Under the pieces are notes generated by a model. That model was given only the letters and a program-made list of their open reading frames with translations. It was not told the DNA's origin and did no database searches. Source: Bacteroidales bacterium (GTDB lineage: Bacteria; Bacteroidota; Bacteroidia; Bacteroidales; UBA7960). Taken from it: 64,000 bases of DNA. Positions 25,767 through 35,896 of the stretch are shown here, one piece after another. The DNA is taken from the NCBI GenBank assembly GCA_012521995.1, contig JAAYLH010000088.1, positions 565-64,564 of the forward strand, written 5' to 3'. Position numbers and translations under genes: made by a program. Every line of letters begins with the position of its first letter. The first letter of the stretch is position 1.

Positions 25767-27041
25767 ATGAAAGAAGAATTTATATCGTATCTGTGGAAAA
25801 ACAGGCTGTTGTTTGCCGAGCGGCTTTATACCCAAACGGGGGAGCCACTCTATATTCAGCACCCCGGTCAGGAAAACCACGACGCAGGTCCTGATTATTT
25901 TGCTGCCAGGATCCGAATAGGCACTACGCTATGGGTGGGCAACGTGGAGATTCATACGCGCAGCTCCCATTGGCTGTTGCATGGCCATCAGAACGACCCG
26001 GCATACGACAATATCATCCTTCATGTGGTGTATGAACACGACCAGGAGATCAGCAATTCAAGGGGTGAGGTCTTCCAGGTCCTTGAGGTGAAAGACAACT
26101 TTGACTCAGGGCTGCTCCTGAATTACGAAAAGCTGCAGTCGTCGCGGGCCTGGGTTCCGTGCGAAAGGCAGGTTGCAAGTGTTGCAGGACTTGTATGGAA
26201 TAACTGGCTGAACCGCTTGCTGGTGGAGCGTCTGGAAAGGAAATCGGAAGAAGTGCTGCATTTCCTGGAATATTTTGGGAATGACTGGGATCAGACATTC
26301 TTTTTTTTGCTGGCCCGCAACTTCGGCTTTAAAGTCAATGCCAGTCCCTTTGGTTTGCTGGCCCAGCGCACGCCCTTCACCCTGCTGGCCCGCAACCGCG
26401 ACAATCTGACGATCGTTGAAGCGCTGCTGTTCGGGCAAGCCGCCTTGCTGGGCGAAGACCTTGAAGACCTTTATCCAAGAACCTTGTTGAAGGAGTATCG
26501 CCACCAGGCGGCCAAACACAATCTAAATCCCGTTGACAGGGGCTTATGGAAGTTTGCTCGCCTGAGGCCGCTCAACTTCCCAAGCATTCGCATTGCCCAG
26601 TTTGCCATGCTGATCCACCAGTCGGGTCACCTGTTCAGAAACCTGCTGGAGACCAGAAAGCCTGATGACATCCAGCGCCAGCTCAGGGTGAAAGCCTCGC
26701 CCTACTGGGATGAACATTATGTGTTTGACAGGAAAACGGCCCCAAGGGAGAAGCCCCTGGGCAAGGATGCCATCAACAATATCATCATCAATAGCCTGGC
26801 GCCCGTACTGTTTATTTACGGAAGGCAAAACATGCGGCAGGTGTTGTGCGACAAGGCCATCGACCTGCTGCAAACCACTCCTGCGGAAAACAATGAAATT
26901 ATAAGGAAATGGAACAGCATTGGAGTGCGGGCTCAGCATGCTGCAGATTCACAGGCCCTGATCGAATGCAAGAAGTATTATTGCAACCCGAAACATTGCC
27001 TTCACTGCCCCATCGGGCATTTGATCCTTAAGGGCGGCTGA
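25767..27041 (+). CDS. DUF2851 family protein
   Basis: 424 aa. The N-terminus MKEEFISYLWKNRLL...PGQENHDAGPDYF.ARIRIG...W.GNVEIH.RSS.W..HGH recalls the Bacteroidota DUF2851 family. Confidence 0.7.
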   Translation: MKEEFISYLWKNRLLFAERLYTQTGEPLYIQHPGQENHDAGPDYFAARIRIGTTLWVGNVEIHTRSSHWLLHGHQNDPAYDNIILHVVYEHDQEISNSRGEVFQVLEVKDNFDSGLLLNYEKLQSSRAWVPCERQVASVAGLVWNNWLNRLLVERLERKSEEVLHFLEYFGNDWDQTFFFLLARNFGFKVNASPFGLLAQRTPFTLLARNRDNLTIVEALLFGQAALLGEDLEDLYPRTLLKEYRHQAAKHNLNPVDRGLWKFARLRPLNFPSIRIAQFAMLIHQSGHLFRNLLETRKPDDIQRQLRVKASPYWDEHYVFDRKTAPREKPLGKDAINNIIINSLAPVLFIYGRQNMRQVLCDKAIDLLQTTPAENNEIIRKWNSIGVRAQHAADSQALIECKKYYCNPKHCLHCPIGHLILKGG

Positions 27042-27462
27042 GGGGCTGCTCCTCTATCTTGATCTCGTAAGTCAGCTCAATGGCCCTGACCAGGGTCGCG
27101 CTCACCCCGCAATACTTCTCCTTCGACAATTCAACGGCACGTTCCAGTTTTTCGCGGGAGAGGTCTTTCCCCCTGAACACGTAAGTGACGTGCATGGAGC
27201 GGTAATCCTTGGGCAGTTCATCCCTCAGCTTGCCATCCACCGAAATGCTCAGGCCTTCGATGGGCACGCGCATCTTGTTCAGGATATCGATCACGTCAAT
27301 GGCTGTACAGCCGGCCAGTGAAACCATCATCAGGGCTTTGGGGCGAAAGCCCCGCGGTTTGTCTGACTGCTCCATATTGGCATCAATCATCATCTTTTGT
27401 CCATCAGTATCCACCTCAAAAACAAGATCCTCAACCCAATTCAACTCCACTGATCTTTTCAT
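27028..27462 (-). CDS. OsmC family peroxiredoxin-like protein
   Basis: 144 aa. SLAGCTAIDVIDIL and KEKYCGVSATL are the two conserved Cys contexts of OsmC/Ohr-like proteins. Confidence 0.85.
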   Translation of the reverse strand: MKRSVELNWVEDLVFEVDTDGQKMMIDANMEQSDKPRGFRPKALMMVSLAGCTAIDVIDILNKMRVPIEGLSISVDGKLRDELPKDYRSMHVTYVFRGKDLSREKLERAVELSKEKYCGVSATLVRAIELTYEIKIEEQPLSRP

Positions 27463-27488
27463 CGCTCGTAAAAATCGTTTATATGCAA

Positions 27489-29360
27489 CTATTCTTCAAA
27501 CCGACTGCTTTCGGCCAGCGGGAAAGAGATCTTCACCAGGGTACCATCACCGGTAAGAATATCCAGGCTGCCGTTTACCTGGTCATTGACCAGGACTTCC
27601 ACCAGTGAGAGGCCATTTGTATGGCCATTGTGAAGGTTAAATCTTTTGGGCATGCCTTTGCCATTGTCCTTGACATGGAGATGACAAACACCATCATCCT
27701 GGAAAAATTCGATGGCCAGGGAGGGCGTCTTAAGTTCTTTCGTTTTCCTGCGGCGGTTTGTATAGGCGTGTGCCAGGGCATTGCTGATCACCTCGTTGAC
27801 AATAATTCCCAGCGGAATGGCATGGTCAATATCAAGGAATATTTCCGAAAGGTTCAGCTCCAGCTGCAGCGCATCCTCCCATTCATAAAACGCTGTCAGT
27901 TGACTCACCAACAACCTCAAAAACCCAGAAAAATCCACTTCTGAATAATTCAGAGAAAGGTACAAGTGGTGATGAACCAGCAAAATGGCCCGCACCCGCT
28001 GGGCCAGTTCCCTGAATTTTTGGTTCACTTTTTTGGGATTATCCTTGCTGATCTGGGCATTGACAAGGGCTATGATGAGGTTCATATTGTTTTTGACCCT
28101 GTTGTGAATCTCATTGATCAGGACTTCCTTTTCAGCGATGTCCGAATTGATCTTTTCTTCCACCTTAAGGCGTTCAGTCATCTTCACCTGGAGCTCCCTA
28201 TAGGAATTAGAGAGCTGGTCTGTCCGTTCCTTCACCCTGGCTTCAAGCACTTCGCTAAGGCTTCTGAGTTTATTTTCGATCTGCTGGCGTATCAGGATCT
28301 CGTTGCGCAATTTGATTGCTTCGCGGTTATCCTGGCCATAGACCATCAGGCCAAGGACATCATCGAAGGCATCCTTGACAAGGACAAGTGAAACATTCAC
28401 GGCAATGTATTCGCCCCTTGAAGAGCGTATGCTAACCTCGGCAGGTCCAGAATAGCCATTGGAAAGGGCCCATTCGATGAATTTTTCCATCTCCTGGTCT
28501 TCTGCAAAAAAAGATGTAACCATTTTGCCTTCAATTTCCTTGTTGCGCATTTGCAGCAAATCAGCGGTGAAGGCATTGGTGCGGTCCACCTTCCCTTCCA
28601 GATCACAAAAGAACAGGACCTGACGGGTCTGCCCTATAACCTGTTCAGCGGCAAGGGCAGGAGTCAGGGCAAAAAAGCGCAGGCGCATCACTCCGAAGGC
28701 CACGCCTCCCAACCAAAACACGGAATAAATATGCGAAAGATGGTTTATCCCTACGATGCCACCCACAGGAAGGAGTAAATCGGAGAGGAAGGCAAACAAA
28801 AGGGTCACGACCAAAGGGAAAAAGATAAACTTAAACTGGGCAATCTCTTCGGGATGATTCATGCTCTTTCTCCATTTTGCAAGAAGGAGGATGATGAGCA
28901 GGTGACTCCCCACAAAATAGATAAAGGCAGCAAAGGTAAGCCAGCTGCGTTGAGGCTCTGCATCAAACCAGCCCAAAAAAAAGGATGAGTGAATTTCTTC
29001 AGGGTTAAGCAAAAGATGAACCACCAGCAGCAAGCCAAAAATTAAAATAATCCTTGCCAACCAAACCTTAACTCTGTTGTTTCTTGGATAATTGGTGAGG
29101 CTTGAAACAAAGCGCAAAAGAAAGGGCACGTAAAGAAAGGCACCTGCCACCGAAAACCGGAACAAATAATACCCGCCAAACAGTTTGGTGGAAGAATCGT
29201 GAAAAACATGTCCGAATGACCAAACTGCAAGCCACATAGCCACAAAGAAAAACCAGCGGTTTAAGGAGGCAGAAGGGTTTTTCCACAGCACAAAGACCCC
29301 CATTTCCAGGTATAGCACCAGGACAACAATGGACAATATGGAGATCAGGTTTAAGGTCAT
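27489..29360 (-). CDS. membrane sensor histidine kinase (polytopic N-terminus, PAS-like, HisKA_2/HWE-type, HATPase)
   Basis: 623 aa. About 6-7 N-terminal TM helices, a coiled coil, H-box EIHNRVKNNMNLIIALVN, N-box VNEVISNALAHAY and G-box DNGKGMP. Confidence 0.85.
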   Translation of the reverse strand: MTLNLISILSIVVLVLYLEMGVFVLWKNPSASLNRWFFFVAMWLAVWSFGHVFHDSSTKLFGGYYLFRFSVAGAFLYVPFLLRFVSSLTNYPRNNRVKVWLARIILIFGLLLVVHLLLNPEEIHSSFFLGWFDAEPQRSWLTFAAFIYFVGSHLLIILLLAKWRKSMNHPEEIAQFKFIFFPLVVTLLFAFLSDLLLPVGGIVGINHLSHIYSVFWLGGVAFGVMRLRFFALTPALAAEQVIGQTRQVLFFCDLEGKVDRTNAFTADLLQMRNKEIEGKMVTSFFAEDQEMEKFIEWALSNGYSGPAEVSIRSSRGEYIAVNVSLVLVKDAFDDVLGLMVYGQDNREAIKLRNEILIRQQIENKLRSLSEVLEARVKERTDQLSNSYRELQVKMTERLKVEEKINSDIAEKEVLINEIHNRVKNNMNLIIALVNAQISKDNPKKVNQKFRELAQRVRAILLVHHHLYLSLNYSEVDFSGFLRLLVSQLTAFYEWEDALQLELNLSEIFLDIDHAIPLGIIVNEVISNALAHAYTNRRRKTKELKTPSLAIEFFQDDGVCHLHVKDNGKGMPKRFNLHNGHTNGLSLVEVLVNDQVNGSLDILTGDGTLVKISFPLAESSRFEE

Positions 29361-29376
29361 TGGATAATAAATTCCT

Positions 29377-31227
29377 TTAATTATTAAACTTCAAAATGTA
29401 ACTCGTCCCGAAGGTAACCCGCCTGGTCAGACTGCCTTTTAAATGCTCCTTAACAAGGATTTCAACCAATCCCAGGCCTGTAATTCCATCCTTTCCATTC
29501 TGGCTGCGTCCGTCCAAACCGATCCCATTGTCGCTGATCAGCAGTGTAAATTCGTCCTGCCTTTTGTAGAATTCAACATTGATGGTACCCACATAGCCGG
29601 GTTTCCCATCGGTATCATCTTTCGGGGGAAATGCATGCCTGAGGGCATTGGTAAGCAGTTCACTGTAAATGATCCCGCAAGGTATTGCCTGGTCAATTTC
29701 AAGGAATTCACTGCCCACGTTCAGGCGGAAGATGATATTCTTACCTGCGCCCTGGTTGGCATAAATCTCCCCGGTAATATTTTTGATGAAATCGCTGAAG
29801 TTGATCCTTGAGAGGTTGGGCGAGGCATAAAATTCCTCGTGAATGGACGAGATACTGCGGATGCGCTCGGCAATTCTACGCACTTTTTCACGGGCTTCAA
29901 TATCCATATCCTTGTGGGTGCCCATCATATTGGTCAGCGAGATGATGATCTGAATATTGTTTTTGACCCTGTGGTGGATTTCTTTAACCAATTGGACCTT
30001 TTCCTCCAGGTCGGAAGAGATTTGTTGCTCGGCCCGCTTCCTTTCGAGGATCTCTTTTTTGAGGCGTTCATTGGCCTCCATCAATTCACGGGTACGCTTC
30101 TCGACCAGTACCTCCAAGTCCTGCCTGATCTGCATCAGTTTTTTCTCATTGCGCGAGCGTTGAGCCACTTCTTCCTGCAGTCTCTCTTTTTGCCGCAGAT
30201 CGAGTCCCAGCAACACAAAGCCAAGATAGTTGCCCAGATAATCATCAATGCGCACCATGGATAAAATCACAGGAATGGGGTCACCCGTCCGGGGAAACAA
30301 TTTGCATGAAATGTCGGGGACCACCTTGTTTGAGCGCAACTTCCGGCTATGCTCCTGAATAACCTGGAAGTCCCAGAAAATTTTCTTGGGTGACATCCGC
30401 ATCAATTCATAACTGTTAAACCTCAGGTTCTCCAAGCAATAGCGATTGGCGGAATATATGCCCTCTTGCTGGTCGAAATAAAACACAAACTCACGCAAAT
30501 GATTGGTAATGAGCCTGGATACAACATCAGAACTGAAGCTTTGGGGGCGCAAGTTCACAACCGACAGGTACAGGCCCACTCCCATAGGCAGAGCCGTGAC
30601 CTGGGCAAGCGAAGGGATTATTGTATTCCCCAGAAAGGGGAAAAGGAGGTTGGTAATAATGCTGGCAAGAACAAACACCCCAGTGCCTATTAGGATAGCA
30701 TTGACTTGCCTGCGCTCTCGGTTCTTTGTAAGGTTCCTTTGCCATTTTACCAGCAGCCTCACACTTATGAACACAGCAGAAAACAGATAAAAAACAAAAA
30801 TATAAAACCAGGGGTTTTGACGGTTTATTGAATTGAAGACTACCTCATCCCTGAAGAAAAACTGCTTGATGCTTTCAGGATCAATGTTGTACCTAATAAA
30901 TGACAGGACTGCAAGGGGGAATAAAAGGTACCAGATGCCTTTCCACATCCCTTTGTCCCTGGAATTTGAAAGAAGGTAAAGCAACCAGGCGGTCCAAACG
31001 GGGAAAGTAGTCCAACCTGCTGATGCTAAGCGATCGAACAGATAAACCTGGTCGATTGTAATGGAAACCTGGATCAGGAACGAAAAGAAAGAATAAATGG
31101 AGAAAGAAAGAGAAAACAATACAATGCCTGTCCTTTCCTTTGACTTTTTTAATAAGAAAAAGGACAGGTAAAAAGCCTGGAAAAATAGCAAAAAACTCAC
31201 AAAGGAGAGTAATGCATAGAGGTTCAT
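29377..31227 (-). CDS. membrane sensor histidine kinase, paralogue of the downstream gene
   Basis: 616 aa with the same architecture. H-box EIHHRVKNNIQIIISLTN, N-box YSELLTNALRHAF, G-box DNGIGL. A 16-bp gap separates it from the next kinase. Confidence 0.85.
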   Translation of the reverse strand: MNLYALLSFVSFLLFFQAFYLSFFLLKKSKERTGIVLFSLSFSIYSFFSFLIQVSITIDQVYLFDRLASAGWTTFPVWTAWLLYLLSNSRDKGMWKGIWYLLFPLAVLSFIRYNIDPESIKQFFFRDEVVFNSINRQNPWFYIFVFYLFSAVFISVRLLVKWQRNLTKNRERRQVNAILIGTGVFVLASIITNLLFPFLGNTIIPSLAQVTALPMGVGLYLSVVNLRPQSFSSDVVSRLITNHLREFVFYFDQQEGIYSANRYCLENLRFNSYELMRMSPKKIFWDFQVIQEHSRKLRSNKVVPDISCKLFPRTGDPIPVILSMVRIDDYLGNYLGFVLLGLDLRQKERLQEEVAQRSRNEKKLMQIRQDLEVLVEKRTRELMEANERLKKEILERKRAEQQISSDLEEKVQLVKEIHHRVKNNIQIIISLTNMMGTHKDMDIEAREKVRRIAERIRSISSIHEEFYASPNLSRINFSDFIKNITGEIYANQGAGKNIIFRLNVGSEFLEIDQAIPCGIIYSELLTNALRHAFPPKDDTDGKPGYVGTINVEFYKRQDEFTLLISDNGIGLDGRSQNGKDGITGLGLVEILVKEHLKGSLTRRVTFGTSYILKFNN

Positions 31228-31322
31228 AGACCAGGCGGATTATTTGATTACCCTTGAAAAAAGCAACATCAAATATCAGATTATTTTTCGAGTTGTGGAA
31301 ATTAAACGCGCAGTATAGAGAC

Positions 31323-31352
31323 AAAAAACCCCGAGTGAGCAATCATTCGGGG
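31323..31352 (-). terminator. rho-independent terminator of trxB
   Basis: Minus strand: CCCCGA-atgattgctcac-TCGGGG followed by TTTTTT, about 25 nt after the trxB stop. Confidence 0.6.
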
Positions 31353-31375
31353 CGCTAAGATCCATAAGCATGGAA

Positions 31376-32317
31376 TTAGTCTTCCAGGCTCGACAGATAG
31401 CGTTCGGCTTCGATGGCTGCCATGCACCCAGAGCCTGCAGCGGTCACTGCCTGACGGAACACATGGTCCTGAATATCGCCAGCAGCAAATACCCCGGGAA
31501 TATTGGTCTGGGTGCTGTCGGGTTTTGTGATCAGGTACCCAGTTTCATCCATCTCGAGCTGTCCCTTGAAGAGATCACTATTGGGCTTGTGGCCAATGGC
31601 AACGAAGAACCCTTCAATATCCAGTTTGCTTTCCTGGCCTGTCTTGACGTTTTTGAGGATTGCCCCTGTTACGGTTTTATCACCCACGACCTCCAGGGGA
31701 ACGGAATCCCAAATGATTTCAATGTTGGGTGTTTTCATCACGCGGTGTTGCATGGCCTTGGATGCACGCAACTCATCGCGGCGGTGGATGAGATATACCT
31801 TCTTGGCAAGTTTTGAAAGGTAATGTGCTTCTTCGCAGGCAGTATCTCCGCCCCCGACAACAGCCACGTTCATCCCCCTGTAAAAGAAACCATCACACGT
31901 AGCGCAAGCCGACACGCCAAAACCATTGAATTTTTTTTCCGATTCAAGGCCCAGCCATCTTGCGCTAGCCCCTGTGGCAATGATCAACGACTCGGCAAAC
32001 ACTTCATTGGATTCATCGACGGTCACTTTAAAAGGGCGCTGCGATAGGTCAACAGCGGTAACCAGGCCCCAGCGGATATCCGTTCCAAAACGTTCTGCCT
32101 GTTTGCGAAAATCTTCCATCATTTGGGGTCCCTGAATCCCTTCGGGATAACCGGGATAGTTCTCGACCTCGGTGGTGATTGTCAACTGTCCACCGGGTTG
32201 CAATCCCTGGTAAATGACGGGATGAAGATCGGCACGGGCAGCATAGATGGCAGCAGTATACCCTGCAGGCCCGCTGCCTATGATCAGACATTTGATCCGT
32301 TCTTTGTTCTCGCTCAT
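31376..32317 (-). CDS. trxB: thioredoxin-disulfide reductase
   Basis: 313 aa. [17 protein letters not shown], redox-active [16 protein letters not shown] and AAGD. Confidence 0.95.
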   Translation of the reverse strand: MSENKERIKCLIIGSGPAGYTAAIYAARADLHPVIYQGLQPGGQLTITTEVENYPGYPEGIQGPQMMEDFRKQAERFGTDIRWGLVTAVDLSQRPFKVTVDESNEVFAESLIIATGASARWLGLESEKKFNGFGVSACATCDGFFYRGMNVAVVGGGDTACEEAHYLSKLAKKVYLIHRRDELRASKAMQHRVMKTPNIEIIWDSVPLEVVGDKTVTGAILKNVKTGQESKLDIEGFFVAIGHKPNSDLFKGQLEMDETGYLITKPDSTQTNIPGVFAAGDIQDHVFRQAVTAAGSGCMAAIEAERYLSSLED

Positions 32318-32410
32318 GCTTTTAAAATTTCTTAATGATTAAAATTTTTTGCAAAATTAAAATAATTATCCCACAAAAATATATTAATATATGTTAAAGG
32401 CCTGAAGGCC

Positions 32411-33433
32411 TTATCTTCCGCTTGGTTTCAGGATAAAGCCCACTTTCAGAGTATTGAATAAATAGGCATCATAAGGTGTATCGGCGGGGGCAACGCCATC
32501 CAGGTTATTAAAGGCGGAATAGCGATAGCCAATTTCATAACCGATCACCATACGGGTTCCTACCAACCACGATAAACCGAGGCCAAAAGGAAGCGCCGGC
32601 TGAAGTTTTCCATATTCCTCCTGGGGTTTGTAGGCTGCCCCATCCTGGTCATACAGTTTGAGGTTGTGGCTGAATAAAGCAAGCCCTGCAAAGGCATAGA
32701 TATCAAAAACCGTCATGGATGATAGCGGAGCATAAAAAGCAATGCGGGCGTTAAATTCCACGAGGTTGTTTCCGAAGGAGAAGCCCTCGAAATCTGCAAG
32801 TTTTCCATCGTCCTCACCGGTTATCCTGGCGTAGTCGAGGCCGAGGCTGAGGCCAAACCACTCAACCATACGGAGTTTTGTATAAACCCCGAAGTTCAGG
32901 CCGGGGTTTTGCAACTGGAACTGCAGGGATTCGCCAAAGCCAAGGCCTTTGTTGCCCTGGACATCGGTAAAGCCGTGGGCTGTCCCGATATTAAAACCAA
33001 TCTCACGGCTTCCAACGCCAAAATAACGGTCACGCATAGACATGCGAAGCGGTGGGTTGCCCTGCCCCCCGGTATGGGAAATGCTGCTGGGGGTTGGGGT
33101 TCCGCGGCTCCCCCCCAGGTTGCCTGCACGGACACTGTTTGAGTTCGGAGCGCTATACGAATGGCTGCGCTCACCGCTGTGCCTGCGCGACTGGCTTTTT
33201 CTGCTTGCCTTGGAAGGTTTCGGCTTCTCCCTTGAATCTCTGGGGGCGTATTCAGGGCCGTCAGCATTTAGAGCAAGGGCTTCCCCTATACGCATCTCAG
33301 AATGCTCTTCATGAGACCAAACGCCCAAAGCAGAAGCGTTTACGGACCCTGCAACAGAGTATGCTAAGGTCATTAAAAACAGGGACAGAACCAGGGAAAC
33401 CTGAACAAAGCCTTTCTTCATAACAGAGATCAT
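32411..33433 (-). CDS. outer-membrane beta-barrel protein with a basic Ser/Arg/Pro-rich low-complexity N-terminal region
   Basis: 340 aa. Signal peptide, then REKPKPSKASRKSQSRRHSGERSHSYSAPNSNS...GGSRGTPTPSS, then alternating amphipathic beta-strand sequence ending in an aromatic-rich C-terminus. Confidence 0.6.
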   Translation of the reverse strand: MISVMKKGFVQVSLVLSLFLMTLAYSVAGSVNASALGVWSHEEHSEMRIGEALALNADGPEYAPRDSREKPKPSKASRKSQSRRHSGERSHSYSAPNSNSVRAGNLGGSRGTPTPSSISHTGGQGNPPLRMSMRDRYFGVGSREIGFNIGTAHGFTDVQGNKGLGFGESLQFQLQNPGLNFGVYTKLRMVEWFGLSLGLDYARITGEDDGKLADFEGFSFGNNLVEFNARIAFYAPLSSMTVFDIYAFAGLALFSHNLKLYDQDGAAYKPQEEYGKLQPALPFGLGLSWLVGTRMVIGYEIGYRYSAFNNLDGVAPADTPYDAYLFNTLKVGFILKPSGR

Positions 33434-33439
33434 TAGGGT

Positions 33440-34204
33440 TTACTTTCCCAATTTGGGGCTAAAATAATAGCCCAGGTTAATGGCATTATAGAAATAAGAA
33501 TCCTTGGCAGGGCCGGGCGTGGGTGCCGTGCCATCCAGATGATCGGTAAAGGTTTTACGCCAGCCCACATTGAATCCTATTTTGAAGTTGTTTTCGGATG
33601 TGTAATGAAAGCCAACCCCAATGGGGATCACAAACTGAACGGGCACATAATTGTCGGAAATATCGATCGGGCCATCAGGGCCTGCAAGGCTGGGATCGTG
33701 GTAAAGCGCAGCAATCCCGGCAAAGGCATAAAAATCGATCGGAATATTCAGGAAACGCTGCGGGAGGTAAAGTTCATTCTTCAGAGAGATCTCATACAGG
33801 TCATTCTCGAAATAATACCCCCTTTCATATCGCGATGAAGTCACGGGCGAGAGGCTGTCGGCTCCCCCGATACGGCCATAGCTGATGCCGCCGTTCAGGG
33901 CAAACAATTCAGAAAAACGATAACGGGCAAAGGCTCCCAAATGCACCCCGGTGGCCTGCCATTGCAAATCGAGGAAAAGGATACGCGAGGCGTTTCGGTT
34001 GCCCCCGATATCGGCCAGCGAATGAGCAGAGCCAATCATGATTCCGGCGTCCCAGCCCCGTTTTTTGCTCAGCATCACCTCGCGCAAGGAGGTGAACGGC
34101 TGTCCGGGAACCCCGGTTATGGGGATATTTGGACGTGTCTGACCAAACAGGCTGGAATTAGTGAAAAGAAAAATTATTGCAGCGAAAAATAATATTTTCT
34201 TCAT
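33440..34204 (-). CDS. outer-membrane beta-barrel protein (porin-fold, DUF6089-like)
   Basis: 254 aa. Signal peptide MKKILFFAAIIFLFTNSSLFGQ. The C-terminal half aligns with the upstream paralogue (FYAFAGIA.L / IYAFAGLALF, LGYYF). Confidence 0.6.
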   Translation of the reverse strand: MKKILFFAAIIFLFTNSSLFGQTRPNIPITGVPGQPFTSLREVMLSKKRGWDAGIMIGSAHSLADIGGNRNASRILFLDLQWQATGVHLGAFARYRFSELFALNGGISYGRIGGADSLSPVTSSRYERGYYFENDLYEISLKNELYLPQRFLNIPIDFYAFAGIAALYHDPSLAGPDGPIDISDNYVPVQFVIPIGVGFHYTSENNFKIGFNVGWRKTFTDHLDGTAPTPGPAKDSYFYNAINLGYYFSPKLGK

Positions 34205-34463
34205 TGGATCTTATTATGGATCATTTTCTTCTTCAGCCCTAAAACAGGGCGTTTTTCAATTTTATTTCATTCAAGGGTCATTCATGACCAAAGCCCGGAT
34301 AAATTTTCCGTAAAGTTATAAAAAAAGCTATGGCTTGAAAATGCATTATTGTAATACAACGAATAAGAAGGCAGAATATTTGGTACGGTTTTGGATATAT
34401 TCATCCTGTGATCTGCGCTTTAATCGTAATTTTGCAATGAAAATCCATCAAAAAAGAATAAAA

Positions 34464-35723
34464 ATGAAAAAAATCTCAATCTATCTTTTATTGGCTGTCT
34501 TTGGAACCTCACTGATTCTTATGGGCTCATGCAATAAAAAGAACAAATTACTTGTAAACACTGCCTCAGGCAAAAACATGGAAGAAGTCATGGAACTCCC
34601 CCTCCCCCAGCGCAACAATCTTTTTGCAATCGATTTGCTGAAAGCCATTCCCGAATACAAGGAAAACTTTATCATTTCGCCATTCAGCATCTCATCGGCC
34701 CTGGCCATGACGTATGCAGGAGCTGAAGGCCTCACCCGGGATGAGATGATGGCCACCCTGTATTTTGATCCCGAACAAGAGCAGTTTCACCCTGAATTCA
34801 GCGCCTATATGATGCGCCTGCGTGAGCTGGCCGGCGACAAGGTTCAGCTGAATATTGCCAATAACCTGTGGGCGCAGCAGGGCTATCATTTCCTGCCCGG
34901 ATATTTCGACCTGCTGCAGCGCAACTACGGCACCACACTTAATGAAGTGGATTTCTACCGGGGCGACCGCGAAAGGATCCGCCAGGACATCAACCAATGG
35001 GTTTACAAAGAAACCCGCGAGAAGATCAGTGACCTGATCCCGCAGGGAGTCCTTACCGAGGACACCCGCCTGGTGCTGGCCAATGCCATTCATTTCTATG
35101 GACCCTGGGCCGTTGAGTTTGACAAGGACATGACCCGCCAGGACTATTTCACCAGCATCAGCGGCGAACGCCAGCTGACCGACTTTATGTTCCGCACCGA
35201 CAAGCTGCCCTATTTTGCCAACGAAAAAATGGAGGCCATTGAACTCGCTTACGACGGGAGTGACTTCAGTATGGTGATTTTCCTCCCCAGGCGTGACATC
35301 AGCCTGCAAGAGCTGGAAGAAACCCTCACAGGAGAAGAATTTGTCGCCGCCCTTGCAGGCTTGCAGGAAAAGGAAGCCGATGTGATCATCCCCAAATTCA
35401 AGGCCGAGACCAAAACCGACCTTGAAGACCTGCTTGCCCTGATGGGAATGCCCCTTGCCTTTTCAAACAGGGCCGACTTCAGCGGCATGACGGGCAAAAC
35501 AGATCTGAAAATTGACAAGGTCATCCACAAGGCCATGATCGAAGTGGCGGAGGAAGGCACCGAAGCAGCGGCAGCAACTGCGGTGGTCATCGTTCGCAAA
35601 ACCGCCATCATGCCAGGGCAAGAACCCAAGATACAGTTTAAAGCCGACAGGCCTTTCCTTTATTTCATCAAGGACAACCGCTTTAACAGCATCCTGTTTA
35701 TGGGCCGCCAGCTGAAATTCTAA
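34464..35723 (+). CDS. serpin family protease inhibitor, lipoprotein
   Basis: I chose the ATG at 34464, which gives MKKISIYLLLAVFGTSLILMGSC (lipobox). Serpin motifs: SPFSISSALAMTYAGA, NAIHFYGPW, hinge/RCL EEGTEAAAATAVV, and FKADRPFLYFI. Confidence 0.85.
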   Translation: MKKISIYLLLAVFGTSLILMGSCNKKNKLLVNTASGKNMEEVMELPLPQRNNLFAIDLLKAIPEYKENFIISPFSISSALAMTYAGAEGLTRDEMMATLYFDPEQEQFHPEFSAYMMRLRELAGDKVQLNIANNLWAQQGYHFLPGYFDLLQRNYGTTLNEVDFYRGDRERIRQDINQWVYKETREKISDLIPQGVLTEDTRLVLANAIHFYGPWAVEFDKDMTRQDYFTSISGERQLTDFMFRTDKLPYFANEKMEAIELAYDGSDFSMVIFLPRRDISLQELEETLTGEEFVAALAGLQEKEADVIIPKFKAETKTDLEDLLALMGMPLAFSNRADFSGMTGKTDLKIDKVIHKAMIEVAEEGTEAAAATAVVIVRKTAIMPGQEPKIQFKADRPFLYFIKDNRFNSILFMGRQLKF

Positions 35724-35777
35724 TACAGCCCGGGGCAGATTAAGCACAATACCCATTCCATACAACGGAAAAAACTT

Positions 35778-35833
35778 GCGGGACTCGGTGAAACCTTCAG
35801 AATGAGGGTTCACCGGGTCCCGCATATTTATTT
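35778..35833 (+). terminator. long imperfect hairpin plus T-rich tail after the serpin gene
   Basis: GCGGGACTCGGTGAAACC-ttcagaatga-GGGTTCACCGGGTCCCGC (16 of 18 positions paired) followed by ATATTTATTT. Confidence 0.45.
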
Positions 35834-35896
35834 CGGGCTGAGAAAACTTTTGTTATCCAATTAAGCATCCCGATAAAAATCGGGCGCTTCAAATGG

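Noticed and set aside
34335-34463. N-terminal extensions in the ORF track, which reports the longest ORF including TTG/GTG starts: 34335, 38545, 40739, 41666, 47873, 49230, 56019, 56428, 58481, 63945 and 20946.
   Set aside because: In each case an internal ATG (a TTG for the Rrf2 gene) gives a canonical signal peptide, lipobox or family N-terminus, or the extension overlaps the upstream gene or a putative promoter box. The shorter starts were used, at moderate confidence.
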